Assembly (NCBI GenBank): GCA_965204745.1
Contig: OZ242010.1
Coordinates: 256,001-320,000, forward strand
Direction: 5' to 3'
Length of the DNA stretch: 64,000 bases
Source: Candidatus Latescibacterota bacterium
GTDB taxonomy: Bacteria > Latescibacterota > UBA2968
The position numbers and the translations under genes are program-made. Every line of letters begins with the position of its first letter. Position 1 is the first letter of the stretch. The notes under the pieces are model-generated. The model worked only from the letters and a program-made list of their open reading frames with translations, ran no database searches and was not told the DNA's origin. Positions 1 to 11,516 of the stretch are shown here, piece after piece.

Positions 1-306
1 AAGAAAGCGATGCGTGCGGCGTTCGACATTTTCGGCGAGTACGCCTTTCGCAAGACCAGCAGGAGCGATAGAAAACGCCCGATCAGCAAGATACTGTTTG
101 AGGTCTGGAGTGCTCAGTTGGCGCGCTGTTCGCCCGATCAGATTCGCGTCCTCGTCAAACGGCGCGAGGATGTTCAACGTCGTTTCATGGAACTAATCGC
201 AAAAGACGATGAGTTTGAACGGGCGATCTCCTTATCGACCAATACGGTTCGGCGCGTGGAGAAACGTTTTCAAGCGGTTCAACAACTCATCGAGGAATTT
301 ATCTGA
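1..306 (+). CDS. 3' end of DUF262 (ParB-like/GmrSD_N) protein, putative Menshen NsnA; partial
   Basis: C-terminal FGEYAFRK...RPISKILFEVW resembles DUF262 proteins found upstream of DUF3696 ATPases; TGATG overlap with next gene. Confidence 0.6.
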   Translation, partial: KKAMRAAFDIFGEYAFRKTSRSDRKRPISKILFEVWSAQLARCSPDQIRVLVKRREDVQRRFMELIAKDDEFERAISLSTNTVRRVEKRFQAVQQLIEEFI

Positions 307-1424
307 TGCTAAAAAAAATAAGCCTTGCGAATTTCAAATGCTTTGAGCAGTTGGACTTGGACTGCACCTCTCTCAACTTGCTGTGCGGCTTGAACGGGAT
401 GGGCAAGAGCAGTGTTATTCAAGCGTTGCTGGTGTTGCGGCAATCGTTTGATACCGGGGAATTGCACAACGGCAGACTCGTTTTGGGCGGAGATCGGATA
501 GACCTCGGCGCGGGTTCAGATGTGTTGTTCGAAGGTGCTGAGCGCGATATTGTGGGTTTTGTGCTTCAAGACGACGAAATGTTGCATGAGTGGTTCATGG
601 CCTTTGCTTATTCGCGGGATGCCGACCAATTGAGCGTGGTGATCCCCGACAAACCTACCGATTACATATCCGCTGAATGGCAAAAGGCGTCGCTGTTCGG
701 AGGCAGGGTCGTCTATGTGAATGCGGAACGGGTCGGCCCCCGGAAGTTTTATCCGCTCTCCGAGGTGCGGGCCAGGTACGGCGACTTTGGGGCAAGCGGC
801 GAGTACGCGTGGAATTATCTGAATCGCCATCAGAACGATCTTTTGCCGGAGAACGACCCCCGTTGCATTGGCGCGAGGCGGCGACTGCTCGATGTCGTCG
901 ATCAATGGCTACAGCATGTATGCCCAGGCGCGCACCTGCAACTTGAGGCAGTTGTGGACGCCGACGCGGTCATTGCGGGTTTCTCGTTTGACCGGCCAGG
1001 AGATATTGCGACGCGCCGATACCGTGCGACTAACGTCGGGTTTGGCTTGTCTTACGTGCTACCGGCCATCCTCGCTCTGCTCTCGGATCGCGGGACGCTT
1101 TGCTTGATAGAGAACCCGGAGGCGCACCTGCACCCACGCGGGCAGACGAAATTGGCGGAATTGGCGGCCCGAGCCGCGAGCGCAGGGATCCAAGTATTCG
1201 CCGAGACCCACAGCGATCATTTCATCGACGGCGTCCGCATTGCGGTCAGAGATGAACTCATCGCACCGGAGGACACGGCGTTTCACTACTTTGAACGCGA
1301 CGGGAGCGAGACGGTTGTCACTTCTCCCCAAGTAGATGCGGATGGTCGGCTGTCGCACTGGCCGGAAGGATTTTTCGATCAGCACGAAGAAAATTTGGCT
1401 CAACTGATCGGCCCGAGGTCGTAA
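306..1424 (+). CDS. AAA_21/AAA_15 ABC-type ATPase with C-terminal DUF3696 (putative Menshen NsnB)
   Basis: Walker A GLNGMGKS, NVGFGLSY signature, LIENPEAHLHP Walker B, ETHS H-loop, C-terminal WPEGFFDQ. Confidence 0.85.
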   Translation: MLKKISLANFKCFEQLDLDCTSLNLLCGLNGMGKSSVIQALLVLRQSFDTGELHNGRLVLGGDRIDLGAGSDVLFEGAERDIVGFVLQDDEMLHEWFMAFAYSRDADQLSVVIPDKPTDYISAEWQKASLFGGRVVYVNAERVGPRKFYPLSEVRARYGDFGASGEYAWNYLNRHQNDLLPENDPRCIGARRRLLDVVDQWLQHVCPGAHLQLEAVVDADAVIAGFSFDRPGDIATRRYRATNVGFGLSYVLPAILALLSDRGTLCLIENPEAHLHPRGQTKLAELAARAASAGIQVFAETHSDHFIDGVRIAVRDELIAPEDTAFHYFERDGSETVVTSPQVDADGRLSHWPEGFFDQHEENLAQLIGPRS

Positions 1425-1425
1425 T

Positions 1426-2247
1426 ATGCGCGAAATGGTACTCAACCACGCGAGCCTTGGTTCGCCCGATCAACATACCGCCGTAGGGTGGCTGAAAGAG
1501 GTGACGGTCGGCATGAAGATGCTGGTTAGGGACAAAATCGCAAAACCTACTCTGAGAATGCGTCAGTCCCATGCTGAAATCCTTTGCCTGTCTAACTGGT
1601 CGCTGGGGGACGCGCTTCAGGAACTGCGGAAAGGTGGGGCGCGAGATGAGTACTTATTTTTTGCGCGCCTGACATCCAAGGTTCCACTTTTGTGCGACAT
1701 CGATCATGAGGTTGCAGATCGGTTTCGGGCGTGCGAGGCGACGACATTGCCGCCGGAAGATGGAGAGCCACTCGTTTTGTGCGCTATCACCGATGGCATA
1801 GCGGTTGGGTTTCCATCGGCTCCGGTTTGGGACTGCGATCAGCTAACGATCCATTTTGATGAACTACTGCCCGATGAAAGTATTGGGGAAGCGTCTGAAA
1901 TAATTGACAATCTCACGCGGTCCGCCCATGTTCAACCGATCTGTGAACGACATCGCGCTGGTCTCTGCGATCAATTCCCAAACGCCGCCGCATTGTGGAA
2001 TGGCACCGACCAATTCAGGGAAGCATTTGCAAAGCTCCCGCAACGCATCCAACGACTAGCAAAAAAACAACTCACCCTCTTTTTTCAAAACTACCGCTAT
2101 CCCTCTCTGCAAACCAAAAAAATGGAAGGTCACAATGATCTTTTTGAAGGCAGAATTACCAGAGGCTACCGCTTTATCTATCGCATGACTGGTGATACTT
2201 GTTATATCATCGACATTGGTACGCACGATGTTCTAAATCGGTATTAA
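1426..2247 (+). CDS. Putative NsnC-like protein with C-terminal RelE/ParE-like toxin domain
   Basis: Starts 1 nt after the ATPase; last ~80 aa (FAKLPQRIQ...YPSLQTKK...EGRITRGYRF...IGTHD) are RelE/HigB-like. Confidence 0.6.
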   Translation: MREMVLNHASLGSPDQHTAVGWLKEVTVGMKMLVRDKIAKPTLRMRQSHAEILCLSNWSLGDALQELRKGGARDEYLFFARLTSKVPLLCDIDHEVADRFRACEATTLPPEDGEPLVLCAITDGIAVGFPSAPVWDCDQLTIHFDELLPDESIGEASEIIDNLTRSAHVQPICERHRAGLCDQFPNAAALWNGTDQFREAFAKLPQRIQRLAKKQLTLFFQNYRYPSLQTKKMEGHNDLFEGRITRGYRFIYRMTGDTCYIIDIGTHDVLNRY

Positions 2248-2340
2248 AGGGCGAAGTGTAGGTAATCCTCCTCATCCTGGGGAGATGTTGCTATTGAATC
2301 CTGACGTTACGCAGTATGTCAATCCCGAACAGGAAACGAA

Positions 2341-2565
2341 ATGGCGACGATTCACATCCAAAGTATCGGTGAGAAAGTGTTGCTGCCACAAAGCGAACTC
2401 GAACGCCTCGTAGAATTGCACCGCGAAGATATCGTCTTGGACAGACGGGAAGACGGTGCGTCAACAGGACGTATCATGCACTTGGTGGCCCAAAGCGGCG
2501 CGTTTGACTTTTGGAAAGAGGAAGGAGAAGATATTTACTCCTTCGAGGACGGAGAACCGGTGTGA
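2341..2565 (+). CDS. Small acidic protein, putative antitoxin
   Basis: 74 aa, acidic tail AFDFWKEEGEDIY; GTGA overlap with a PemK-like N-terminus. Confidence 0.55.
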   Translation: MATIHIQSIGEKVLLPQSELERLVELHREDIVLDRREDGASTGRIMHLVAQSGAFDFWKEEGEDIYSFEDGEPV

Positions 2566-2618
2566 CGCGCCCAACGCTTTTTCGCGGTCAAGTGGTACTG
2601 ACGCGGTTTCCATTTACA
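2562..2618 (+). pseudogene. N-terminal remnant of PemK/MazF toxin, in frame with the SIR2 gene
   Basis: GTG-start MTRPTLFRGQVVLTRFPFT matches the PemK start motif RGxVVLxxFPFT; similarity stops after 19 codons. Confidence 0.6.
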
Positions 2619-2642
2619 AAACAAATTTTAAGGCCGCTTTAC

Positions 2643-3773
2643 ATGAATAATCTAGAAATTTTCACTCCTGAAGAACGAGAGGAAAACGAAAAACGAAAGC
2701 GTGAACTAATTGAACTTGTTGCTTCAAGAGAGTCTGTACTCATCGTTGGGGCTGGAAGTAGTGTTCGTGTGGGCTATGTGGATTGGTCTCGTCTTCTAAA
2801 AGAACTGGAGGATTTAGCCATCGCCTGGGGTGAAGATTTTGTGAAAGATGATAGAAAGCGCGAAAATGACCCATTAGAATACGCTGAAGATATCAAATCG
2901 CATATTGATAAAACAGGCAACTTAGCCAAATATCATGCGTTGCTCTATGACTTGTTTAAGCCCAAGACTCCTTCGTTTGATGATTTACACAAAACGCTGG
3001 TCGCGTTACCCTTCAGAGGAATTTTAACGACAAACTACGATACAGTGCTCGAAGCCGCGTTAGCTGAACAAGAACCGCTAACTGCTTTTGACAACTCATT
3101 GGTTATTGATAGCAGATCCGCCGCTCGAGTTGATGAATTTTTCAGGGCAATGATTGATAGCAACCTAACACGACGTATTGCACACTTACACGGAAAATTT
3201 GAGCCTCCAGATAGCATTATTCTAAGTATCAAAGACTACGAAAGGGCTTACGGTTTGAAGCTACCTATAAATCAAGTGCAGAAAGATAGAGATTTTGAAT
3301 GGACACTTCGCCGAAAATTTTTGTGGGCTGTATTCGCTACTCGCCGCGTCGTTTTTATAGGTTTCAGCATGAGAGACCCCTATCTTAACAAAATGTTGGA
3401 GACTGTCAGCACAGATTTGTGGAAATGGGGACAATCTACACACATTGCGATTATGAGTATCTCGCCCCAAAATGCCGATACCGACAAACAAGAGGCAGAA
3501 CTACTCAAAAACAAGTATGGTGTTGACACGGTATTCTACGAAGATTTAGATGGGTCGCATCTACGTTTAGACCATTTCGTCTCTGAAATCTCCAAAGTTT
3601 GTGAGAGTGAGCGTCAGTCAACCATTGCTCCAGCGATAAACCAGCCAAGTGCTAGAGATCGATCCGAATATGAAAAACCAAGACCCAATGAGAGTGCGTC
3701 TCAAGGTGTATTGAATTGGCTAGAACAAGTGAATGAACGTCTGGAAAGGGGCATTAACGACGATGAAAATTAA
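2643..3773 (+). CDS. SIR2_2 family (sirtuin-like NADase) protein
   Basis: VGAGSS, LTTNYD, HLHG and FIGFSMRDP motifs; ATG at 2643. Confidence 0.9.
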   Translation: MNNLEIFTPEEREENEKRKRELIELVASRESVLIVGAGSSVRVGYVDWSRLLKELEDLAIAWGEDFVKDDRKRENDPLEYAEDIKSHIDKTGNLAKYHALLYDLFKPKTPSFDDLHKTLVALPFRGILTTNYDTVLEAALAEQEPLTAFDNSLVIDSRSAARVDEFFRAMIDSNLTRRIAHLHGKFEPPDSIILSIKDYERAYGLKLPINQVQKDRDFEWTLRRKFLWAVFATRRVVFIGFSMRDPYLNKMLETVSTDLWKWGQSTHIAIMSISPQNADTDKQEAELLKNKYGVDTVFYEDLDGSHLRLDHFVSEISKVCESERQSTIAPAINQPSARDRSEYEKPRPNESASQGVLNWLEQVNERLERGINDDEN

Positions 3774-6700
3774 ACGAAAAAAATTGCTTGAGGACTTGCA
3801 GAGCTTTGCTTCGCAAGGAAATGGCGTAATTATCGGCAATCCTGGCGTTGGAAAAACATATCTACTGAAAGAACTTCGCCGAAGCCTAAAGTCCGAAGGA
3901 ACGCCTCATCTCCTTTTGCGGATTGACCAACTCGGTGATGGCACGGACAAAACGTTGCGGCAAGTGTTGTCGTACGAAGGTGATCTGATTGAAAAGTTGA
4001 AGTTCGTTCCCACTTCACACGAGAAATCAATTCTATTGTTTGACGCCTTTGACGCTGCTCGAAATGAACAGACGCGCAAACGCTTTCTGCACCTAATCCA
4101 ACGAGCAATCCATGAACTCAGCGAGTCGTGGAATGTCGTCGTTACGGTACGAACTTACGACGCAATGAAATCGCAAGAACTATTGGATATGTTTGGCAAT
4201 CCTTATGGCACCGATCTACCCCAATACCATAGCAAAGAGATTTTATGCCGACATTTCACAATTCCACCTTTGAATGAAGATGAAATTCAACAAGCCTTTG
4301 ACCAGATTCCGCATCTGGAGTCTATCTACAAATCTGGCTCTCAAGACTTTAAGTGCCTCCTTGCAAATCCATTCAATATCTGGCTATTGAAAAAAATCCT
4401 AAAGACCTCACAGAACATTCCCGATTTTAGTCACATTCATTCTGAAGTCCAATTACTCGGTTTGTTTTGGCAACGACGCATTGAGTCTTCAAGCGATGCA
4501 GATGCCCGTGGGTTTATCCTCACAAAGATCGCACGTCAGATGGTTGAGGAACGTTCACTGACCGTCAGGCAGGAAGACATTTATGAAAACCTACGCCTTG
4601 ACAAAGCAATGAGATGGACAGCATGGAATGGTCTCCTAAGCGATGAGATATTGTCCAAGGTTTCCTCAACAGGACAACGTATTGCTTTTTCTCACAACAT
4701 TCTCTTTGACTATGCAATCAGCGTCTTGCTCATTGAAGACGCCCCCAAAAAACTCGAAGTTTTTGTGCGTGAAGACCCATCGCGTCCGCTCTTTCTCCGC
4801 CCAAGCCTCACATATTTTTTTACTCGCCTCTGGTACTATGATGAGGCTCCTGAAAAATTTTGGAACGCTTTCTGGCATATTTTACCAAGCGATCAATCTG
4901 CACATTTGCGTCTATTTGCACGCTTGATTCCGACGAGTGTTGTCGCAAATGAGGCCCGCAAAATCACGCAGTTGAAACCAATTTTGAAGAAACTAAAGCA
5001 GAGAGAAGAACTCGCAAACGAAGCGACAATGCGGCTTTTGCAATCACTCCGTGCCCTACAGATCGAACGCGACGAACTTTGGATCGGGTTCTTCAACCAG
5101 GTTTCGGCACACTATCACGCCGACTTTGCCTGGGATTTGGCAACCCGCACTTCAGATATTCTTGAACGAGCGACAAACACCGATAACACGGCTATCATAG
5201 ACGCTTGTGGACGAGTTGGCCGTCGACTGCTCGGATGGGTATGGCAAGAAAGAGAGACAAGTGGTAATGATTGGTATAATCGGCTTGGTAGTTTTCGGGC
5301 GGTGCCGCTTGTCGCCAAAACGTATGGTACAAATGTCAAAGAATCGCGTCCTCTTCTCGAAAAGGTTCTCGAACTAACAAAAGAAGATAACTTCCCAATA
5401 AATTTTCTCACGCAGTTGGCCAGACATGTTGACAACATTTGGGGTTCTGATCCCGCGTTTGTCGCCTTGACCTATTGCACGGTATTCACACATTCCGAGA
5501 CGGGCGATGCACAGACAAACCTACCCATAAGTAGCCCCCTTTTAACTTTCACAAGCAATCGCCGCCAAGACTACGGCAGTTGTCAATATCTGTTGATAAA
5601 ACATTTCCCCGCCTTTCTTCAGGCAAATCCATTAGTCGCAACGCGAGCGGCGATCCGAAGTCTGATTTTTTTTGTTAAGAAAGAACATATTGACGGATAC
5701 CTCAAAGAAGGTGTGAAGGGTGAAGATTTGATAGAGACATTCGAGTTTCGTGGAAAAGACGCGTACTTTGTGCAAGACAATAGTTGTATATGGGATGAAC
5801 GAGAGTACCGCAATGAACCAATTGAAATTGCGGATAAGTTATTTCAATTCATCGCCGAAACGGCACGGTCAAACGGTTCGCTTCTCGATTCACTGCTCGA
5901 TGTTTTCCGTGATGAAGTGGGAGTCGCTTTTTTTTGGAAACGGCTCTTGAAGACAGCGGCTCAGTTTCCCGATGTTTTCGCACCGCACTTGTTTGAACTT
6001 TGTATAGCGAAACCGATACAAATAGGGGGCGATGCCCTTCATGAGCTCGGTCTATTTTTAGAAGCGGTTGCCTCTAAGTTTACGCCCGAACAACTGCGCC
6101 GGATTGAAGAGACCATTTTGGGACTTCCTTCGGAAGCAACGAGCGAAGATGACGCCAAAATCTTTGAACGACGGAGAAATCGGCTCATATCAAGGATATC
6201 GAGTGACTTGCTTCAAACGCGAGACGCCAAAGAGATCAAAAAAGAAATGGAGCGAACGGATCGAGTGCCCCCAAACGAGCCTTTATTCAGCTACAAATCT
6301 TGGTCAGAACCCTATACTGAAGAAAAGTGGCTTCGAGATCAAGGTGTTGACACCGCCACGCCGGAAAATCAAGAATTACAATGCTTTTTCGGGCCTCTCG
6401 ATAAATTCAGATTAGAGTGGTTAAATAAAATACCAACAGAGGAAGCCACCGAGTTGATTTTACCGCCATTACAGGAGGCATACGCCACCGTAAATGAAAA
6501 TAATAAAGCGACGAAAAAGATAATTGATTCTCTTTGGTATAAGTTGACTGCTTGCGTTGCAGTCCTCGGCCGAGTTACTAACCTTGAGAGCAAATGGTTC
6601 TCTTTTTGCCGTCAAGTGCTTCTACAAGCTGCAAAACATGAACTGCCCAAGCTAGATACAAGCGATGTTCAATCCGATACTCCTATGTATTCCCCATTTC

Positions 6701-7824
6701 CACGGCATGAAGCTGCCCAAGGACTACTAAGGCTCGCAACTCGCCAACCTGATGCGAAAATGTTAGACGCAATTGAGTCACTTGCCAGTGACCCTGTGCC
6801 ATCTGTTCGGACGGTGGCAGCGATGGAGTTGTTCCGAATTTACGACAAAAAGCCAGAAAGATTCTGGAACATCCTAGAGAATAGGGCAACGCATGAAACG
6901 ACTCACGTCGTACAAAAATACCTCTGCTATACATTGACTCAAGTGACCAAGAAAAAAAAAGAAAATGAAGATAAGACGACCCGTATCATGGATAAGATGC
7001 TCAAGCGTACACCGCCACCTAAAGAGAACGGAGAGCTAACAGATTCGTTTATTGATTTGTTGATGGAGTTGGCAATTGACCGCGAAAATTCATGGGCATT
7101 GAAAACTATAAAAGATACCCTTTTCGATGATCCAATCCGATTCGCTAACCCCTTGAGTCAGGCCGTGTCTCATGTTATGGAAGAGTATGTCGTCCCGAAG
7201 AACCTCGAAACACCTCAAAAAGAAAAAACTATTCAACGAGCTATTAAATGGTTGGAACAAGCGATTGATGCCACTTCTTCCGCAGTTCGGGAATTAGCCT
7301 GCAATAATACTGAGGAAAACAAAAAAAAATTGTGTGATGCCTACCAAGTGATTGATGAAGTGATCAAGCGTCTTTACTTTGAAGTTGCATACGAAAGCCA
7401 AACATCTGAGGAGTCCACAGAGAAAATTTCTGGTGAGTTGCGCTGTCGCTTCTATAACGAAGTAAAGTCGCTGATGAAACGGATCATCCATTTCGCATTA
7501 GACGGAGATAACGGCGTCATGTTTGCATCGACAGCACATTACTTCATGCAACTTCTAAGGAGTTTTCTAAGTTGTAATCCAAAAGAGGTCTTGCACTTAG
7601 CCGAAGGTGTCGCAAGGTCGAGTGAACCGTCCGGTTACAATCTCGATTCCCTTGCGGTTGCAGAGGTTGTCAAATTCGTCGAGATTGTCCTTGCCGACCA
7701 CCGGGACGCGGTGAGCGATGAACAAAGCTTGGAAGATATGCTGAATCTATTGGATATTTTCGCCAAAACAGGTTGGTCGGATGCACTTAGACTCGTTTGG
7801 CGTCTCGATGAGGTTTTTCGATAG
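3763..7824 (+). CDS. Large STAND/NACHT-like NTPase with helical-repeat C-terminus (Avs/AVAST-like, possibly Avs2)
   Basis: Walker A GNPGVGKT, Walker B LLFDAFD, VVTVR, LANPFN, FSHNILFDY; long helical C-terminus ending GWSDALRLVWRLDEVFR; overlaps SIR2 stop. Confidence 0.7.
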   Translation: MKIKRKKLLEDLQSFASQGNGVIIGNPGVGKTYLLKELRRSLKSEGTPHLLLRIDQLGDGTDKTLRQVLSYEGDLIEKLKFVPTSHEKSILLFDAFDAARNEQTRKRFLHLIQRAIHELSESWNVVVTVRTYDAMKSQELLDMFGNPYGTDLPQYHSKEILCRHFTIPPLNEDEIQQAFDQIPHLESIYKSGSQDFKCLLANPFNIWLLKKILKTSQNIPDFSHIHSEVQLLGLFWQRRIESSSDADARGFILTKIARQMVEERSLTVRQEDIYENLRLDKAMRWTAWNGLLSDEILSKVSSTGQRIAFSHNILFDYAISVLLIEDAPKKLEVFVREDPSRPLFLRPSLTYFFTRLWYYDEAPEKFWNAFWHILPSDQSAHLRLFARLIPTSVVANEARKITQLKPILKKLKQREELANEATMRLLQSLRALQIERDELWIGFFNQVSAHYHADFAWDLATRTSDILERATNTDNTAIIDACGRVGRRLLGWVWQERETSGNDWYNRLGSFRAVPLVAKTYGTNVKESRPLLEKVLELTKEDNFPINFLTQLARHVDNIWGSDPAFVALTYCTVFTHSETGDAQTNLPISSPLLTFTSNRRQDYGSCQYLLIKHFPAFLQANPLVATRAAIRSLIFFVKKEHIDGYLKEGVKGEDLIETFEFRGKDAYFVQDNSCIWDEREYRNEPIEIADKLFQFIAETARSNGSLLDSLLDVFRDEVGVAFFWKRLLKTAAQFPDVFAPHLFELCIAKPIQIGGDALHELGLFLEAVASKFTPEQLRRIEETILGLPSEATSEDDAKIFERRRNRLISRISSDLLQTRDAKEIKKEMERTDRVPPNEPLFSYKSWSEPYTEEKWLRDQGVDTATPENQELQCFFGPLDKFRLEWLNKIPTEEATELILPPLQEAYATVNENNKATKKIIDSLWYKLTACVAVLGRVTNLESKWFSFCRQVLLQAAKHELPKLDTSDVQSDTPMYSPFPRHEAAQGLLRLATRQPDAKMLDAIESLASDPVPSVRTVAAMELFRIYDKKPERFWNILENRATHETTHVVQKYLCYTLTQVTKKKKENEDKTTRIMDKMLKRTPPPKENGELTDSFIDLLMELAIDRENSWALKTIKDTLFDDPIRFANPLSQAVSHVMEEYVVPKNLETPQKEKTIQRAIKWLEQAIDATSSAVRELACNNTEENKKKLCDAYQVIDEVIKRLYFEVAYESQTSEESTEKISGELRCRFYNEVKSLMKRIIHFALDGDNGVMFASTAHYFMQLLRSFLSCNPKEVLHLAEGVARSSEPSGYNLDSLAVAEVVKFVEIVLADHRDAVSDEQSLEDMLNLLDIFAKTGWSDALRLVWRLDEVFR

Positions 7825-7928
7825 GTTTATCATAAGATTGACTTGCCCCCGGTTTGTTCTAAAATTGTGTCACCTCAATTATTTTTTGAATCCCATTCCT
7901 TACCACCCTCATTCACAGGAGAATGCAG

Positions 7929-9317
<1,389 letters not shown>

Positions 9318-9364
9318 GTCGCCCCGTTGGCATACCACAACCCAAAACGCACACTCTGAAAGGC

Positions 9365-9679
9365 ATGATTCAGACCATGGCAAAGACCATCCACAAGCCT
9401 GAACCGGAACGGTTGCAACCGCCGGACCAATCCCAAAAGCGTCGCATTCCACAACGAGAGGAGCGTATCATGACCGTCAGGGAATTGAAAGAAGTGATGG
9501 ATCAGCGATTTGAAGCTCAAGACAAGCGCATTGATCAGGGGTTTGATGCCGTTAATCAACGGCTTGATGCCATTGACAAGCGGTTTGACGATTTGTGGAA
9601 GTTCGCGGCGATCATCGTCGCGCTGACGACGCTTTTTGTTTCCACTGTTGTCGGTCTTCTGGTGTATTTTAAGGGATAG
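9365..9679 (+). CDS. Small coiled-coil protein with C-terminal TM helix (start may be 9469)
   Basis: Repeated DQRF/DKRF heptads followed by a hydrophobic tail. Confidence 0.6.
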   Translation: MIQTMAKTIHKPEPERLQPPDQSQKRRIPQREERIMTVRELKEVMDQRFEAQDKRIDQGFDAVNQRLDAIDKRFDDLWKFAAIIVALTTLFVSTVVGLLVYFKG

Positions 9680-9702
9680 GCGTTTAGGCGTTGTGGTTTA
9701 AC

Positions 9703-9738
9703 AAAAAGGCCCTTCTGTTTTTGCAGAAGGGCCTTTTT
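9703..9738. terminator. Bidirectional intrinsic terminator
   Basis: AAAAAGGCCCTTCTG...CAGAAGGGCCTTTTT between convergent genes. Confidence 0.85.
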
Positions 9739-10687
9739 ATATGCGCAGCAAATCGAGCATGTTTTGCATATCCTCGGGCGGCGGTGATTCAAATGTCAGT
9801 TCTCGTTTTGTGACGGGATGGACAAATGTCAACTGGGTCGCGTGGAGCATCTGGCGATTTGTTTGCGCGAGCAAGTGGGTTGCTCGTCGGCGAAACAGGG
9901 GGGCGATGCCATGCAACCGCTCCTCGCGCCCGCCGTATAATGGATCGCCAAACACCGGGCGATTGAGACGCGCCAGATGCACCCTGATCTGATGCGTGCG
10001 CCCGGTCTCTAGCGCGACGGACAGCAGGGAAAGAAAATCGCGACGCGCCCTGACGCGCCAGCGAGTCGCGGCAAATCGCCCAGCAGGCGAAACAGCCATT
10101 CGCTTGCGATGGTTGGGATGGCGTGCTATCGGGGCTTCCACGCGCCCCTCATCAACATCAAACCCGCCCCAAATCAGCGCGAGATAATGCCGCGCCATCG
10201 CGCGGGCCGCCAACTGCGCCGCCAACCCGCGATGCCCTTCATCGCTCTTGGCGACGACCATCAGCCCAGAGGTGTCTTTGTCCAGCCGATGCACGATCCC
10301 CGGTCGCAAAACTCCATTGATGCCCGACAACTGCGTGCAGTGCGCCAACAGCGCGTTGACGAGCGTGCCAGAAGTCACCCTCCCGGCTGGATGTGTGATC
10401 ATACCCGCGGGCTTGTCGAGCACCAGCAGATGGTCATCCTCAAAAAAAATACTTAGGGGAATAGCCTCGGGATCGATGGCACTTTTGGTCGGCGGTGGCA
10501 CATGGAGGGTAACGCTATCTCCTGCCATCACGCGATAGCTCGACCGCGTCGGCGCGCCATTGACGCAAATCGCGCCCTCGGCGATCAGCTTTTGAATGCG
10601 CGAGCGGGAAAGCGCGGGGCACTGATCGGCCAAATAGCGGTCCAGGCGCGCGCCTTCATGGGTCGGTGGAATTTGGAGATGTGTCAC
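9737..10687 (-). CDS. rluD: RluA/RluD family 23S rRNA pseudouridine synthase
   Basis: S4 domain, GIVHRLDKDTSG, TGRTHQIRVH. Confidence 0.93.
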   Translation of the reverse strand: MTHLQIPPTHEGARLDRYLADQCPALSRSRIQKLIAEGAICVNGAPTRSSYRVMAGDSVTLHVPPPTKSAIDPEAIPLSIFFEDDHLLVLDKPAGMITHPAGRVTSGTLVNALLAHCTQLSGINGVLRPGIVHRLDKDTSGLMVVAKSDEGHRGLAAQLAARAMARHYLALIWGGFDVDEGRVEAPIARHPNHRKRMAVSPAGRFAATRWRVRARRDFLSLLSVALETGRTHQIRVHLARLNRPVFGDPLYGGREERLHGIAPLFRRRATHLLAQTNRQMLHATQLTFVHPVTKRELTFESPPPEDMQNMLDLLRI

Positions 10688-11144
10688 GGTTCTTGCGGGA
10701 GGTGGGCGCGATGCCCAAAATGAAAATTAAGAGGATCGTGCCCACGCTGACGCAGGCATCCGCGAGGTTAAACACCCACCAGCGCGTAGAGCCGATGCCA
10801 AAATCGAGAAAGTCGATCACCACGCCGAAGCGCACGCGGTCGATGATATTGCCTATCGCGCCGCCGAGCACCAGCGACAACCCAATGGCGATGCGCCGGT
10901 CTTCATGCGCGATACGCCACATGAACCCGCCAATCGCGATCAGCGCGACAAATGCCAGGGCCAGATGCAGAGACGGGTTGCCCAGTCGAATGCCGAAAAC
11001 CGCGCCCGGATTGTGAATATAGGTCAGTCGAAAAAAATCCCCCAACACCGAGACGGATTCGCCCAGGGCCAGGGTTTTCAACACCCACCACTTGGTCAGT
11101 TGATCCAGCACCACGGCAACGCCTGTAATCCACAAAAATTTCAT
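10656..11144 (-). CDS. lspA: Lipoprotein signal peptidase II
   Basis: DQLTK, NPGAVFG, GGAIGNIIDR, VIDF, FNLAD. Confidence 0.95.
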   Translation of the reverse strand: MKFLWITGVAVVLDQLTKWWVLKTLALGESVSVLGDFFRLTYIHNPGAVFGIRLGNPSLHLALAFVALIAIGGFMWRIAHEDRRIAIGLSLVLGGAIGNIIDRVRFGVVIDFLDFGIGSTRWWVFNLADACVSVGTILLIFILGIAPTSRKNRDTSPNSTDP

Positions 11145-11515
11145 TTCGTCGTCTCGTTTTCGCGCTCTTTGCACGGCACGCAAATTTTCGTGGTCGGCAC
11201 GGCCTCTAATCGCGGTCTGGGAATGGGGGATTTACACACGCGACACACGCCAAACGTGCGGTTTTCAATGCGCGCCAATGCAGCGTCAATCTGCTCGAGA
11301 TAAGCCCCGTCGCGCGACGCGAATAAAAACGCCTTTTCGCGCTCCATCGTCGCGCTGCCCAAATCGGGCATGTGATCCGAATACGTCAGATCGCCCGACG
11401 ATGCTGCTGCGGTGACTTTCATGGACTGGCTTTGCAACGTGCCCAAGTCCTGCAAAATCGCGGCGCGTTTGTCCTCTAAGAGATGTTTGAAATACGCCAA
11501 GTCTCGCTTTGTCAT
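11141..11515 (-). CDS. TraR/DksA C4-type zinc-finger protein
   Basis: DHMPD coiled-coil tip, CRVC...RLEAVP...CVPC. Confidence 0.9.
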   Translation of the reverse strand: MTKRDLAYFKHLLEDKRAAILQDLGTLQSQSMKVTAAASSGDLTYSDHMPDLGSATMEREKAFLFASRDGAYLEQIDAALARIENRTFGVCRVCKSPIPRPRLEAVPTTKICVPCKERENETTK

Positions 11516-11516
11516 C

